Shown here piece after piece: positions 44,381 to 53,069 of a DNA stretch of 64,000 bases. The stretch is from positions 11,339 to 75,338 of the forward strand of contig JBBKWD010000072.1 in NCBI GenBank assembly GCA_037968775.1, read 5' to 3'. Each line of letters starts with the position of its first letter. Position 1 is the stretch's first letter. The stretch comes from Bdellovibrio sp. Lineage in GTDB: Bacteria; Bdellovibrionota; Bdellovibrionia; Bdellovibrionales; Bdellovibrionaceae. Below the pieces are notes generated by a model. The model was not told where the DNA came from and made no database searches. It saw nothing but the letters and a program-made list of their open reading frames with translations. Both the position numbers and the translations under genes were made by a program.

Positions 44381-45418
44381 TTAAAAATAGCTTTCTAACT
44401 TACCGGTGCGTTTTAAATCTAAAGTCACACAGTGGGCTCCTCCACCTAAAGTTCGTTGATGGCGCATTTTTACAGGAATCACATTGATCTGATTTTTCTC
44501 AAGTAAATTTATCAAAGGCACTTGAGTTGCTTCCACGATGGCCAAATCCGGTCGAACCATAAAAAGATTCATGCCAATCCACGTCGAGGCATTCTCATAG
44601 GGGGCCTGAAATCCAATGTCTATTGGTTCTGGACACCACAGCACATCCCATTTGTCTAAAGGCGCCGGTATAGAGTCCTTCTGAATGCGAGCGGGATTGA
44701 GCAGAGCCAAACCAGGGCGCAAGAGCGAAATCGTGCTATCAATGTGCATATAAGAATAAAGACCTTCCAAGGTGTGCACTTTAAATTCTTGCCCCAGTAT
44801 CGATTGCAACCAACGGGCACCTTTTAGATTTCCGCTATTAGAAACTAAATAGAACAAATCCCGCCCACATCGCAAAACATTGGCAGCATCAAAGCAAATT
44901 TCTTCATTCGTGAGAGTTGGGATCTTGGGTTCGGCCTTATCCAAATAGTTATTATCTGACAGCAAGGGCCGAGGGGCACTGAGCCACTTGGCCCCCGCCT
45001 CAAAAGCTTGTGCGAACAGCGCTCGATAAGCCAGGGTTTCTGAATACCGAGCCCGAATGGGCATAGGAGTTTCGATGATCATATCGCCAATCACCAGGGC
45101 CGAATCCCGGGGACAGAAAAAGTATTGCGAGTCCGATTTCCAAAAAGGATTTCCATGTTGCGAACTAGAATCAAATACTTGAGGCCGATGCACTTGAATC
45201 CCCAATTTTTCAAACACCTGACATAGCTCCGTCAAATCTTCCTCGGCCTCTTCAATCACTTGCTGGGGGTAGGCTCCTGAGGGAATGAATCGAGCGTCCT
45301 CGAGTTGTGCATAAGCTATGGCTTTCAAACTCGTGTCCACCTGGGGCACGCGTGCCCCCAAAGCCGTCCCCACAAGGACAGACTCTAGAGGGTCCCATTC
45401 ATTCCAGCTATTAATCAT
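44381..45418 (-). CDS. Amidinotransferase (glycine / inosamine-phosphate amidinotransferase family)
   Basis: Motifs SWNEWDPLESVLVG, CFDAANV (Asp), YMHIDSTI (His) and LGGGAHCVTLDLKR (Cys). These align along the full length with the remembered AGAT/StrB1 pattern. Confidence 0.85.
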   Translation of the reverse strand: MINSWNEWDPLESVLVGTALGARVPQVDTSLKAIAYAQLEDARFIPSGAYPQQVIEEAEEDLTELCQVFEKLGIQVHRPQVFDSSSQHGNPFWKSDSQYFFCPRDSALVIGDMIIETPMPIRARYSETLAYRALFAQAFEAGAKWLSAPRPLLSDNNYLDKAEPKIPTLTNEEICFDAANVLRCGRDLFYLVSNSGNLKGARWLQSILGQEFKVHTLEGLYSYMHIDSTISLLRPGLALLNPARIQKDSIPAPLDKWDVLWCPEPIDIGFQAPYENASTWIGMNLFMVRPDLAIVEATQVPLINLLEKNQINVIPVKMRHQRTLGGGAHCVTLDLKRTGKLESYF

Positions 45419-46875
45419 AGTGGTTTCTCATTTCTCTGTTCATTTTCTTTTTGAATAAAGGCGTGCATATCCGGAAGAAGCCCTTCAAGCAAACGGGATC
45501 GATTGCGCGCCAGACGTGGTTGCATTTTTGTCAGCAACGCTTGCAGGTCTGCTAAGGGCTGACTTAACAAACTATCTAAGAGATCCAAAACAGCCTGCAT
45601 ACGCTCTCCATGATTCAAAATTTCATCGTAGCTTTCATCCCAAAGGTCCGCGAAGGTTTCAAATCCCATCTCTCTGAGGTATCGAAGCATTTGGGGCCCC
45701 CCGACCACCACAAACGGGCGCATATAGAGAATCGGCAAAAATGTTTTTTCACTGATTTCGCCACACAAAGTCCCAAATCTCGTCTCGTTCACCACCGCCA
45801 AAAACGCTTCTGAATACCAGGCATAAAATTCAAATCCCGTTCGTAGGTTGGACTCGCCGTCAGCATCGGGCAACGAAAAACCTTGAGGGTCTAAAACTTT
45901 GGAGTTTTTTGAATCCAACACCAGGGGCAGCTTCTTCTGCATTCCTTGAATCCCGTCTTGAATTTGATGCCACCACGAAAGATTCTCGGGATTAAATGGC
46001 AACTCATTGCGAAAGTGCACCGGATCATGACGATGAAAGAAGCTGATCGATCCCGATTGACTATAACTCGATTTTTGATTCGCTGGCTGATTTCGCGTCT
46101 GAATTTGGCCTTCCAAAAAACCAACAACAAGCTCTCGTACACCTTCATAGCGAAAATTTGGGCAAATAAATTTTTTGCTGACGAGAGTGTTAAATGGAAA
46201 GCCATTTTTCGTAAACTCGGCATCGCGATCAATCTCTCTTTCAACTAAACTCCGGCAAAGATCTGCAAGAAAAAAATCCCACGTTTGCACCTGAAGAGAG
46301 TGGTACATATTTTTAGATCGCAGATAAGTTCCCAGCCCATAGTCACACACATAGACCTTGGCGCGAATCGTTCCGCCGTGATTAAAAATGAAATCCTCAA
46401 CCCAGCCCAGTTCAGGAAAAAAGGGCTTTGAATCCGTGTGAATAAAGGCGGGTGATCTTTGGTCCTCGTTAGTTCTTTGAAAAAGGGGTTCATAGAAATA
46501 AAACGCCACTTCTTTTCCCTGCAACTGCTTTAACTCTGACCCCGTGAATTTAAGTCGACTGAGTAAATTAGTATCCCCATTGATCAAAAACCACGGACGC
46601 TTTTCTACCGTCAAAAAAATATCCAAATACTTCTTTAGCCAAACTTTTTTATAGTCCAAGGGAGGTCGGCGCAACAGGATTTCATCATGACAGGTCACCA
46701 TGGTATAGCTGTCAGTCGACTCATGATTCCCATTTAATTTGTAGGTCACCGAAAAATAGTGGGCATTATAAGAAAGTAACGAAGGATCATGCAACATGGG
46801 AACCGAGGAAGAACGAAAATTTCTTCCCATTAAAACATCTCTCCAACCTCGTTTATCCTGGATTTTAAGAGCCAT
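45415..46875 (-). CDS. Unknown 486-aa protein inside the sugar-tailoring operon
   Basis: No confident family. The C-terminal block VVNETRFG..GEISEKTFLPILYMRPFVVVGGP..L..L...GFETF loosely recalls the nucleotide-sugar-binding half of some GT-B transferases. Confidence 0.5.
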   Translation of the reverse strand: MALKIQDKRGWRDVLMGRNFRSSSVPMLHDPSLLSYNAHYFSVTYKLNGNHESTDSYTMVTCHDEILLRRPPLDYKKVWLKKYLDIFLTVEKRPWFLINGDTNLLSRLKFTGSELKQLQGKEVAFYFYEPLFQRTNEDQRSPAFIHTDSKPFFPELGWVEDFIFNHGGTIRAKVYVCDYGLGTYLRSKNMYHSLQVQTWDFFLADLCRSLVEREIDRDAEFTKNGFPFNTLVSKKFICPNFRYEGVRELVVGFLEGQIQTRNQPANQKSSYSQSGSISFFHRHDPVHFRNELPFNPENLSWWHQIQDGIQGMQKKLPLVLDSKNSKVLDPQGFSLPDADGESNLRTGFEFYAWYSEAFLAVVNETRFGTLCGEISEKTFLPILYMRPFVVVGGPQMLRYLREMGFETFADLWDESYDEILNHGERMQAVLDLLDSLLSQPLADLQALLTKMQPRLARNRSRLLEGLLPDMHAFIQKENEQRNEKPL

Positions 46876-47524
46876 GCTGATGAAAAACTTCTAGCTTGCT
46901 CAGATCCGGATAGTCCGCCGAGTGGCCCGTTTGCAGAGGGTGATTCGTAATTTCGTCCATTAGCAAGATGCCGCGTGCGGCATCTTCTGGTGTCATATAG
47001 TAATGATAGCCTAAAGTCTGAATTGGATCCTGCTTCCAGGTGCGCCCCCGAGTCCTGCCATCGTAACTTGCTCGGCGCAACCATTCGGCCGCTTTCGCAT
47101 CAGAAGTCAGAATCATCCCGCCGCGACCGATCGGAAGTCGTTTCTTTTGCTGAAAGCTCAGACAAAAAAATGTGCCCTTGATATAGCTGTTTTCAGTGTA
47201 ACTCATGCTCGCGTCTACGACTGGATAAGGACTTAAGCTATAGTGATCTTTCCACTCTCTGTCGACCCATTGAATCTGGCACTGCAACTTCAAAACTGTC
47301 ATCGGTACACTGACATAGGTTCTTTTCGGGACCTCAATTGAGCCTTTGGCGTTGAGGTACCGCAATGACAACTCTATTGCGTGGCTACAGCAATCCACGG
47401 CCACTGCGTACGGTGCGCCGATATAAGCCGCTACCCGTTCTTCAAATAGAGTGACCACATCAAAGGGATCACTAAATTCAATACCTTTTTGTTTGAGAAG
47501 TCCCAGCTCATTTCGCTCGAGCAT
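46865..47524 (-). CDS. Short DegT/DnrJ/EryC1/StrS-like PLP-dependent sugar aminotransferase-like protein
   Basis: YIGAPYAVAVDCCSHAIELSLRYL matches the N-terminal family pattern. LSFQQKKRLPIGRGGMILT matches the SF..K...GEGG active-lysine block. At 219 aa it is much shorter than typical members. Confidence 0.5.
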   Translation of the reverse strand: MLERNELGLLKQKGIEFSDPFDVVTLFEERVAAYIGAPYAVAVDCCSHAIELSLRYLNAKGSIEVPKRTYVSVPMTVLKLQCQIQWVDREWKDHYSLSPYPVVDASMSYTENSYIKGTFFCLSFQQKKRLPIGRGGMILTSDAKAAEWLRRASYDGRTRGRTWKQDPIQTLGYHYYMTPEDAARGILLMDEITNHPLQTGHSADYPDLSKLEVFHQHGS

Positions 47525-48341
47525 ACATTGTCACCATTTCTCTGAGGCCGTCTTCAACTTGGCTAAAATCGCTGCCAAAAAAATTTTGAATTTGAATCTT
47601 ATAGTTCCGGCTGTCCCCTATATTGCTTAAACTGAAACTCAGGGGCTTTTCTTCAAAAACCTTGGATTTTAAAATATCGGTTTTAGTCAAATTTTCGGTC
47701 ACGATGTTTTGCGGCCCCACCCAAGAATCCAGTAGGCAGGCCTCAAGTGTTCGAGCAAAATCCTGACAATGAATATAGGGTCTCCAAGCATCGGGCGCAT
47801 AGATCTCGAGATGCTCCGAATGAGCAGCAGAACGCGCCAATTGATTAATAAATAAATCATTTCGCATTTTTTCGGACCAACCATAAGCTGTTCCAAAGCG
47901 ACAAATACGGTGAGGCAAAGAAAGTTTTTTTAAAATCTCTTCCACCGCCAATTTGGATTCAGCATAGTGGCTGGTGGGATTCACGATTGACGACTCCGTG
48001 ATGAGTTCCTCGGAAAATCCATACACACTGCAGCTCGAAGAAAAAATTACGCGCTTAAGATTTGGTAAATCAGAAACTTTATTTAAAAAATTCTCATGCA
48101 TACGAATATTATCTTTTAGATTCTCTGCGTGAATATCTTGAAAACGCCGATCCGCCAAGTGCACGACCGTCGTGACATCTTGAACGCCTTCCGACAGCGG
48201 ATCAAAAGACTCCAGGTCATTCAAGACTTGATCTCTATCTAATCCTAAAAATGAAATTCTTTTCCCAAGATGACTCCCAATATATCCGGAGGAGCCGGTC
48301 ACCAATGTCATCCCCGCTTCCCGATTATCGAGTGTTGCCAT
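47508..48341 (-). CDS. NAD-dependent sugar epimerase/dehydratase (extended SDR)
   Basis: VTGSSGYIGSHLG is a Rossmann motif, and YAESK is a YxxxK catalytic motif. An alternative start at ATG 48311 is possible. Confidence 0.75.
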   Translation of the reverse strand: MATLDNREAGMTLVTGSSGYIGSHLGKRISFLGLDRDQVLNDLESFDPLSEGVQDVTTVVHLADRRFQDIHAENLKDNIRMHENFLNKVSDLPNLKRVIFSSSCSVYGFSEELITESSIVNPTSHYAESKLAVEEILKKLSLPHRICRFGTAYGWSEKMRNDLFINQLARSAAHSEHLEIYAPDAWRPYIHCQDFARTLEACLLDSWVGPQNIVTENLTKTDILKSKVFEEKPLSFSLSNIGDSRNYKIQIQNFFGSDFSQVEDGLREMVTMYARAK

Positions 48342-49494
48342 ATTGTTTCACCTGACATCCTGGAATTTTTAGAACGGTTCGCCACGGATCAACCACGACA
48401 CTGTCATGAACAAATCCCACTTTGGTTTCCCAGTTTTCATAAGGGTGCGCCAAAAGGTACACTGCAGGGTTGTGAGGGATTTCATTGTAGCCCGCCAAGG
48501 GATCAAAGAGCAAAACTTTGACTTTATATTGCTGCAGATAGTGCGCCACCAGCAAACTGAAACTGCCATCAACTAAGGCACACTGAGGTTTAAAGCCCAC
48601 TCCTAAAATACAGACTTCTTTGCCATAGCCGGCTAAGTGTCGAGCCATGTTCTGCGCTTGTACCTCACGACTGTGAATGATTTCACCGAACAGATCATAC
48701 CCCAACTCGAGTCTTTTCGCGAGGTCTCGCAAGGCAATATTGTCGCGAGGATGGCAAGGCCCACCATCCCCCATGCCGGCCTTCATATAGGTGGGGCTTA
48801 AAATTCTTTGGTTCGCACGAGTCAATGCCTCCGTAACCACATCTACATTCATATGACCGATACGTTCGGCTACATCTTGGATCATATTTACGAAGCTCAG
48901 CTTAAAACTAATAAAAGTATTATAGAATATTTTTATTGATTCGGCTTCCTCCCAGGTACCTAAGGCGATGGGCGGCCGATCAATGAAAGTCTGATAGAGT
49001 TCCTCTAGGCGTTCAATTCCCGCATTGGAACCATCTCGAGTTCCGATTGGCAATAGCTCCGGATTCAAAAAATCCGCCTTCACTGTTCCCATCGCGATAA
49101 AGTAGGGATTGTAAATCAACTGACCTTGTGGCAACAAAGGCGCCAGCTCTATTCGAGTAGTCCCCGGCAATACTGTTGAAATAAGAACCACTGTCGCAGC
49201 GGGGTTGAGATTGTGAATATCTGAAAGAACTTTTTTAACTGCTTCATAACTGAAGTTCTTTAATGGCAATTGCGATACAGGCAAGCTGCCGTCGTAAGCA
49301 CGATCGTGGGGAGTCGGGACTGCCACCAAGATCAGGTCCTGATTCAAAACGACCTCTGAAAAGGTTTTGGCTATTTTCAAAGTTTCAGATTGAATAGCCG
49401 GGTCAAGATCAAAACCTGTGACTTCATGTTTCGTCGCCATAACCTCGGCACAAGGCAAACCCAACTTCCCTAAACCAATCATTCCCACTTTCAT
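48325..49494 (-). CDS. Nucleotide-sugar 6-dehydrogenase (UDP-glucose/GDP-mannose dehydrogenase family)
   Basis: MKVGMIGLGKLGLP forms the NAD fold. GDGGPCHPRDN matches the catalytic-Cys motif GGxCxxKD. Confidence 0.75.
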   Translation of the reverse strand: MKVGMIGLGKLGLPCAEVMATKHEVTGFDLDPAIQSETLKIAKTFSEVVLNQDLILVAVPTPHDRAYDGSLPVSQLPLKNFSYEAVKKVLSDIHNLNPAATVVLISTVLPGTTRIELAPLLPQGQLIYNPYFIAMGTVKADFLNPELLPIGTRDGSNAGIERLEELYQTFIDRPPIALGTWEEAESIKIFYNTFISFKLSFVNMIQDVAERIGHMNVDVVTEALTRANQRILSPTYMKAGMGDGGPCHPRDNIALRDLAKRLELGYDLFGEIIHSREVQAQNMARHLAGYGKEVCILGVGFKPQCALVDGSFSLLVAHYLQQYKVKVLLFDPLAGYNEIPHNPAVYLLAHPYENWETKVGFVHDSVVVDPWRTVLKIPGCQVKQYGNTR

Positions 49495-50864
49495 AACTCA
49501 ACTCCCGAATTGAACAACATATTCGAGTACTCCGGTGACACTACATCTTGAAACTTTTCATTTCGTATGCGATCTAAATTTTCTGTGTATTTCAAAAATT
49601 CATCAAAGTAGCTAGATAAATCCCGAGCCATCAAGTGATGAGCCAAACCTCTGTAGAGCTCTTGCCACTTGGCGATCAAGTGATCCGCCTCGGTCTTTTC
49701 ATATGCCATAAGACGGAGTCTGTCCTCAAAACGTTTTTGCAACAGTGGTATGGCTCGCAAAAGCTTTGCCTTTGATTCTTCTGGAAGGCACTGCACATTC
49801 AAAAACTCTGGTTTATGTAACACATGATGAGTCACCAAGGGTTTTTTTGAAGAGGCGTTGATCTTATTAAATCTCTTTTGCAACTTCCAAAGAATTAAAT
49901 CCGACAGATCATAAAAGTTAATTATCGAAACTGTACAGGCCAACCAAACCACGATATTCGGCGATGAAGCATCTAGACGTTCTAAGTTTTTTTCAATCAC
50001 TGAAAATCGACTCGGATTGCGAATAAAGTCGTTCAATTTCCCATGAGCATCGACACTGACACCAATACGAACTTGCTTAAAGTTTTTCCAAAGATCTAGA
50101 GCCTTCTCTGGCAAGATGGTCAGATTGGTGTTGTATTCCAGAACCACGCGAGCAGAAAGCCCCCGGGCAATGAGGTGATTCAAAAACTCATAGTGCTTTT
50201 CGATCAACAGTGGTTCGCCACCGACGACATAGATATGCTCAAGAGCCGTAGAGTTTCTTTCTAGGTCGATCCAGAACTCTTGGCTCTCATGCCAATTCAA
50301 AGTAGCGGGGGCCTCGTAGGCCTTTCCATTCAAGACTTTAAAATCTTCGTACCAAGCCGACGAATCCGTCGGTCCACACATTCGGCACTTTAGGTTGCAC
50401 TTATTTCCAAATCGAAGGTCCAGATCCATCACGGGATGATCACCGGTCACAATAGAGCCGTCTTTTGATGTCTTCGACAGAGTCTGCTCCCGATTTGGCA
50501 AGAGAAGTTCATTTGCATAATTTCTTTTCGACCTCAAACCACTGGATTCTTCCCGCTGACAACGTCCACAGGCTTCGGGCCACTCGCCTTGCGCCATTTG
50601 CGAGCGAACTTGCTTTAAGGTCGCGGAATTTCTGGCAGCTTCAAAACGATGAGTTCCAGCGTTGAGAGCCTGACCCTGCTCGTCTTTGAGCACTCCCCTC
50701 TGATCCGAGACATTGGCGTGACAGCAAATACGGAACTGCCCATCATTTCTAATGGCGACAGACGACCAAGGCAGGGGACAGAAAGTGTCTTGGATATTCA
50801 TTATAAAATTGCTCGCTGTCTCATATCCAGAATGACCCGGCGATGAGTGAAGTGTCTTTGCCAC
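49491..50864 (-). CDS. Radical SAM enzyme with N-terminal Cys-rich (twitch-like) domain, paralog 3
   Basis: N-terminal FCPLPWSSVAIRNDGQFRICC...CGRC, then FGNKCNLKCRMCGP. ATGA overlap with the dehydrogenase gene. Confidence 0.8.
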   Translation of the reverse strand: MAKTLHSSPGHSGYETASNFIMNIQDTFCPLPWSSVAIRNDGQFRICCHANVSDQRGVLKDEQGQALNAGTHRFEAARNSATLKQVRSQMAQGEWPEACGRCQREESSGLRSKRNYANELLLPNREQTLSKTSKDGSIVTGDHPVMDLDLRFGNKCNLKCRMCGPTDSSAWYEDFKVLNGKAYEAPATLNWHESQEFWIDLERNSTALEHIYVVGGEPLLIEKHYEFLNHLIARGLSARVVLEYNTNLTILPEKALDLWKNFKQVRIGVSVDAHGKLNDFIRNPSRFSVIEKNLERLDASSPNIVVWLACTVSIINFYDLSDLILWKLQKRFNKINASSKKPLVTHHVLHKPEFLNVQCLPEESKAKLLRAIPLLQKRFEDRLRLMAYEKTEADHLIAKWQELYRGLAHHLMARDLSSYFDEFLKYTENLDRIRNEKFQDVVSPEYSNMLFNSGVEL

Positions 50865-51147
50865 ATACTCTCTACGCTAATGGAAGACTGCGTAAAAATG
50901 GACCAATTTCTTTTGTTATGCCCTGTGGCTTGCACCTTTTTTTGAATGAAATCGACTTCGAAAAAATCTTTCTAAAGAAATCTGTGTTTTCTATTAAAAA
51001 TTTGATAATTTCTTATCTAGGCCCCTTGAACTCGAATTTCTGAGCGGATCGGTTTATATGATCGGTGAGAAAAAAACCTAAGCTTGACCATTTGGACGCA
51101 AATTCCAAAAGCCCACCGGGCCTAATAACTCCAGAGCAAAAGGATCC

Positions 51148-52071
51148 ATGAAAAAATCGATTTACTCCAAGCTTCATATAGAATTCGCGGATGCCCCCGC
51201 CTCCTTACAACCGTCCTTGCGACTGTCATTTCAGATTGCCGATCATTCGGCTGCGCAAAAGTGGGCTCATTGCATAGCTCAATCCCAAGCCCACAGCCAG
51301 TTACTTGAAGACAAACGATGGTATAATTTCCCAGGTAAAAAGATGAGTTCCCTCCCCAAGATCGCGCTGGAGCTGGAAGGAGTTATTCATCGCCTCAATG
51401 AGCTTCATCCCGGCTTGATCACCGAAAAACCAGATCCCGAGAATCTTCAAGATAGCGTGAACCGGCTGCATACCCACTTTGCCGACAGTCACCTTGTGAA
51501 AAATCGTATCACTGAAATTTCACACGACGCCTGGTTTGAGTTCAATAACCTTTTGCATGCCTTTGAAGCCGTCGAAAGATCTCTTCAAGTTGAGCCTCAA
51601 GCGCAGATTCCCAATGCCAGTATTGTGTTCACCTGGAAAGACAATTTCAACACACCCCTTGCCGAATTGGACTATCAAGAGTTCACAATCGCTAAAAAAT
51701 TTGGAACTTGTTATATCAATTACTGCCAGGTCGGGCGGCATCTTTTTGAAATGTTCCAAGCACAGGATCACGAGCTTGCCGACGAACACATTCTGCCCTT
51801 AAGAAATGCCAGCGCTGATACTTATCTCTGGTTTGGCCAAAGCACTGGGCCTCAAGGCTTTAAAAGAAAAATGCAAGACATCGAAACTTGGTTTTTTAAA
51901 AATGAAGAGCATTTTAAACGTCTTGGCTTTAAATGGGGGGATCCGAAACTAGCGATTGGGTGGATTCCTGTGGCCAGCCTTGAAAAAGATCTTCGAAATC
52001 TCTCAGACCAAAAAGATATGATTCAAAAAATTAGCCAAATGGATCGCATCGCAAATTGCATCGTTGAATAG
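51148..52071 (+). CDS. Hypothetical protein
   Basis: 307-aa ORF with ATG preceded by AAAGGA. No family recognised. It is divergent from the island, with a 283-nt spacer. Confidence 0.5.
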   Translation: MKKSIYSKLHIEFADAPASLQPSLRLSFQIADHSAAQKWAHCIAQSQAHSQLLEDKRWYNFPGKKMSSLPKIALELEGVIHRLNELHPGLITEKPDPENLQDSVNRLHTHFADSHLVKNRITEISHDAWFEFNNLLHAFEAVERSLQVEPQAQIPNASIVFTWKDNFNTPLAELDYQEFTIAKKFGTCYINYCQVGRHLFEMFQAQDHELADEHILPLRNASADTYLWFGQSTGPQGFKRKMQDIETWFFKNEEHFKRLGFKWGDPKLAIGWIPVASLEKDLRNLSDQKDMIQKISQMDRIANCIVE

Positions 52072-52102
52072 AGGCAAAGCAAAGGACAGGGCTCAAAAGC
52101 CC

Positions 52103-53032
52103 TTACCCCATTGTGACTCGATTTCGTCCGTTTTGTTTGGCATGATAGAGTGCTTTATCGGCGCGATCATAGATTTGACTCCACTCGGATTCTTGCGCTG
52201 CTTTCGTCGCAACACCGACCGATATCGTCACAGGAATTTTTTTACTTTCAAATAAGAACTCATGACTCTCGATCGTATGCCGAATACGTTCTCCGATTTC
52301 GCCAGCGATCTTGGCATTCGTACCTGAAAGAATCAGAACAAACTCCTCTCCGCCATAGCGGGCAAAGAAGTCATTCGCACGAATCAATTTGGAAATGACG
52401 ATCTGACATAGCTCTTTCAGAACATAATCGCCACCGGGGTGACCGATGGAGTCGTTAATTTTTTTAAAATGATCGATGTCGAAAGTGACGATGCTTAGTG
52501 GTTCATTTAAGATTTCGGAGCGCTTAATCGCCTCCGGGCCTTTTTCAATCAGAGCCCCTTTAGAGTGGGCTCCTGTCAGCGCATCCTTTTGCGCCTTCTC
52601 ATACATGGTCTGATTTGACATGGCCTCCAAGCTTCCCTTCTCAAGGAACTTGAAAATGACATTTCCGGTTTTAATTTGATCATTGTTTTTCAATAAACAT
52701 GAGGAAAGCGGCGGCAAGATCTGACCGTTCACGATTGTCTTGTTCGTCGAACCCAAATCAATGATAGAGACTTCCGGCCCGTTCACAGCAAACTTTGCAT
52801 GAGAACGGCTGAGACTTTTATCATCGATATAAACTTGGCTTTCCACCGAGCGACCAATCACGATGTCACTAGCCGTTACGGGATATTGTTTGCCAACATA
52901 GCCGGGGGGTCCCATTAAAACGACAACTGCCGGAGGCACTTCATCCGCTTCTTTGAGGCGGCCGCGAAAGGTATCGCTGGCAACTATACTGGTTTTTTCT
53001 AAACTATCGGAGTTATCATCGTTATGAGCCAT
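52103..53032 (-). CDS. dgcB: FHA-domain diguanylate cyclase (DgcB-like)
   Basis: N-terminal FHA (IGRSVESQVYIDDKSLSRSHAKF...TNKTIVNG). C-terminal GGDEF domain with RYGGEEF. Confidence 0.8.
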   Translation of the reverse strand: MAHNDDNSDSLEKTSIVASDTFRGRLKEADEVPPAVVVLMGPPGYVGKQYPVTASDIVIGRSVESQVYIDDKSLSRSHAKFAVNGPEVSIIDLGSTNKTIVNGQILPPLSSCLLKNNDQIKTGNVIFKFLEKGSLEAMSNQTMYEKAQKDALTGAHSKGALIEKGPEAIKRSEILNEPLSIVTFDIDHFKKINDSIGHPGGDYVLKELCQIVISKLIRANDFFARYGGEEFVLILSGTNAKIAGEIGERIRHTIESHEFLFESKKIPVTISVGVATKAAQESEWSQIYDRADKALYHAKQNGRNRVTMG

Positions 53033-53069
53033 AGTGGTAAGTATAAAACTTTGAACTTGCCTCTGACAA

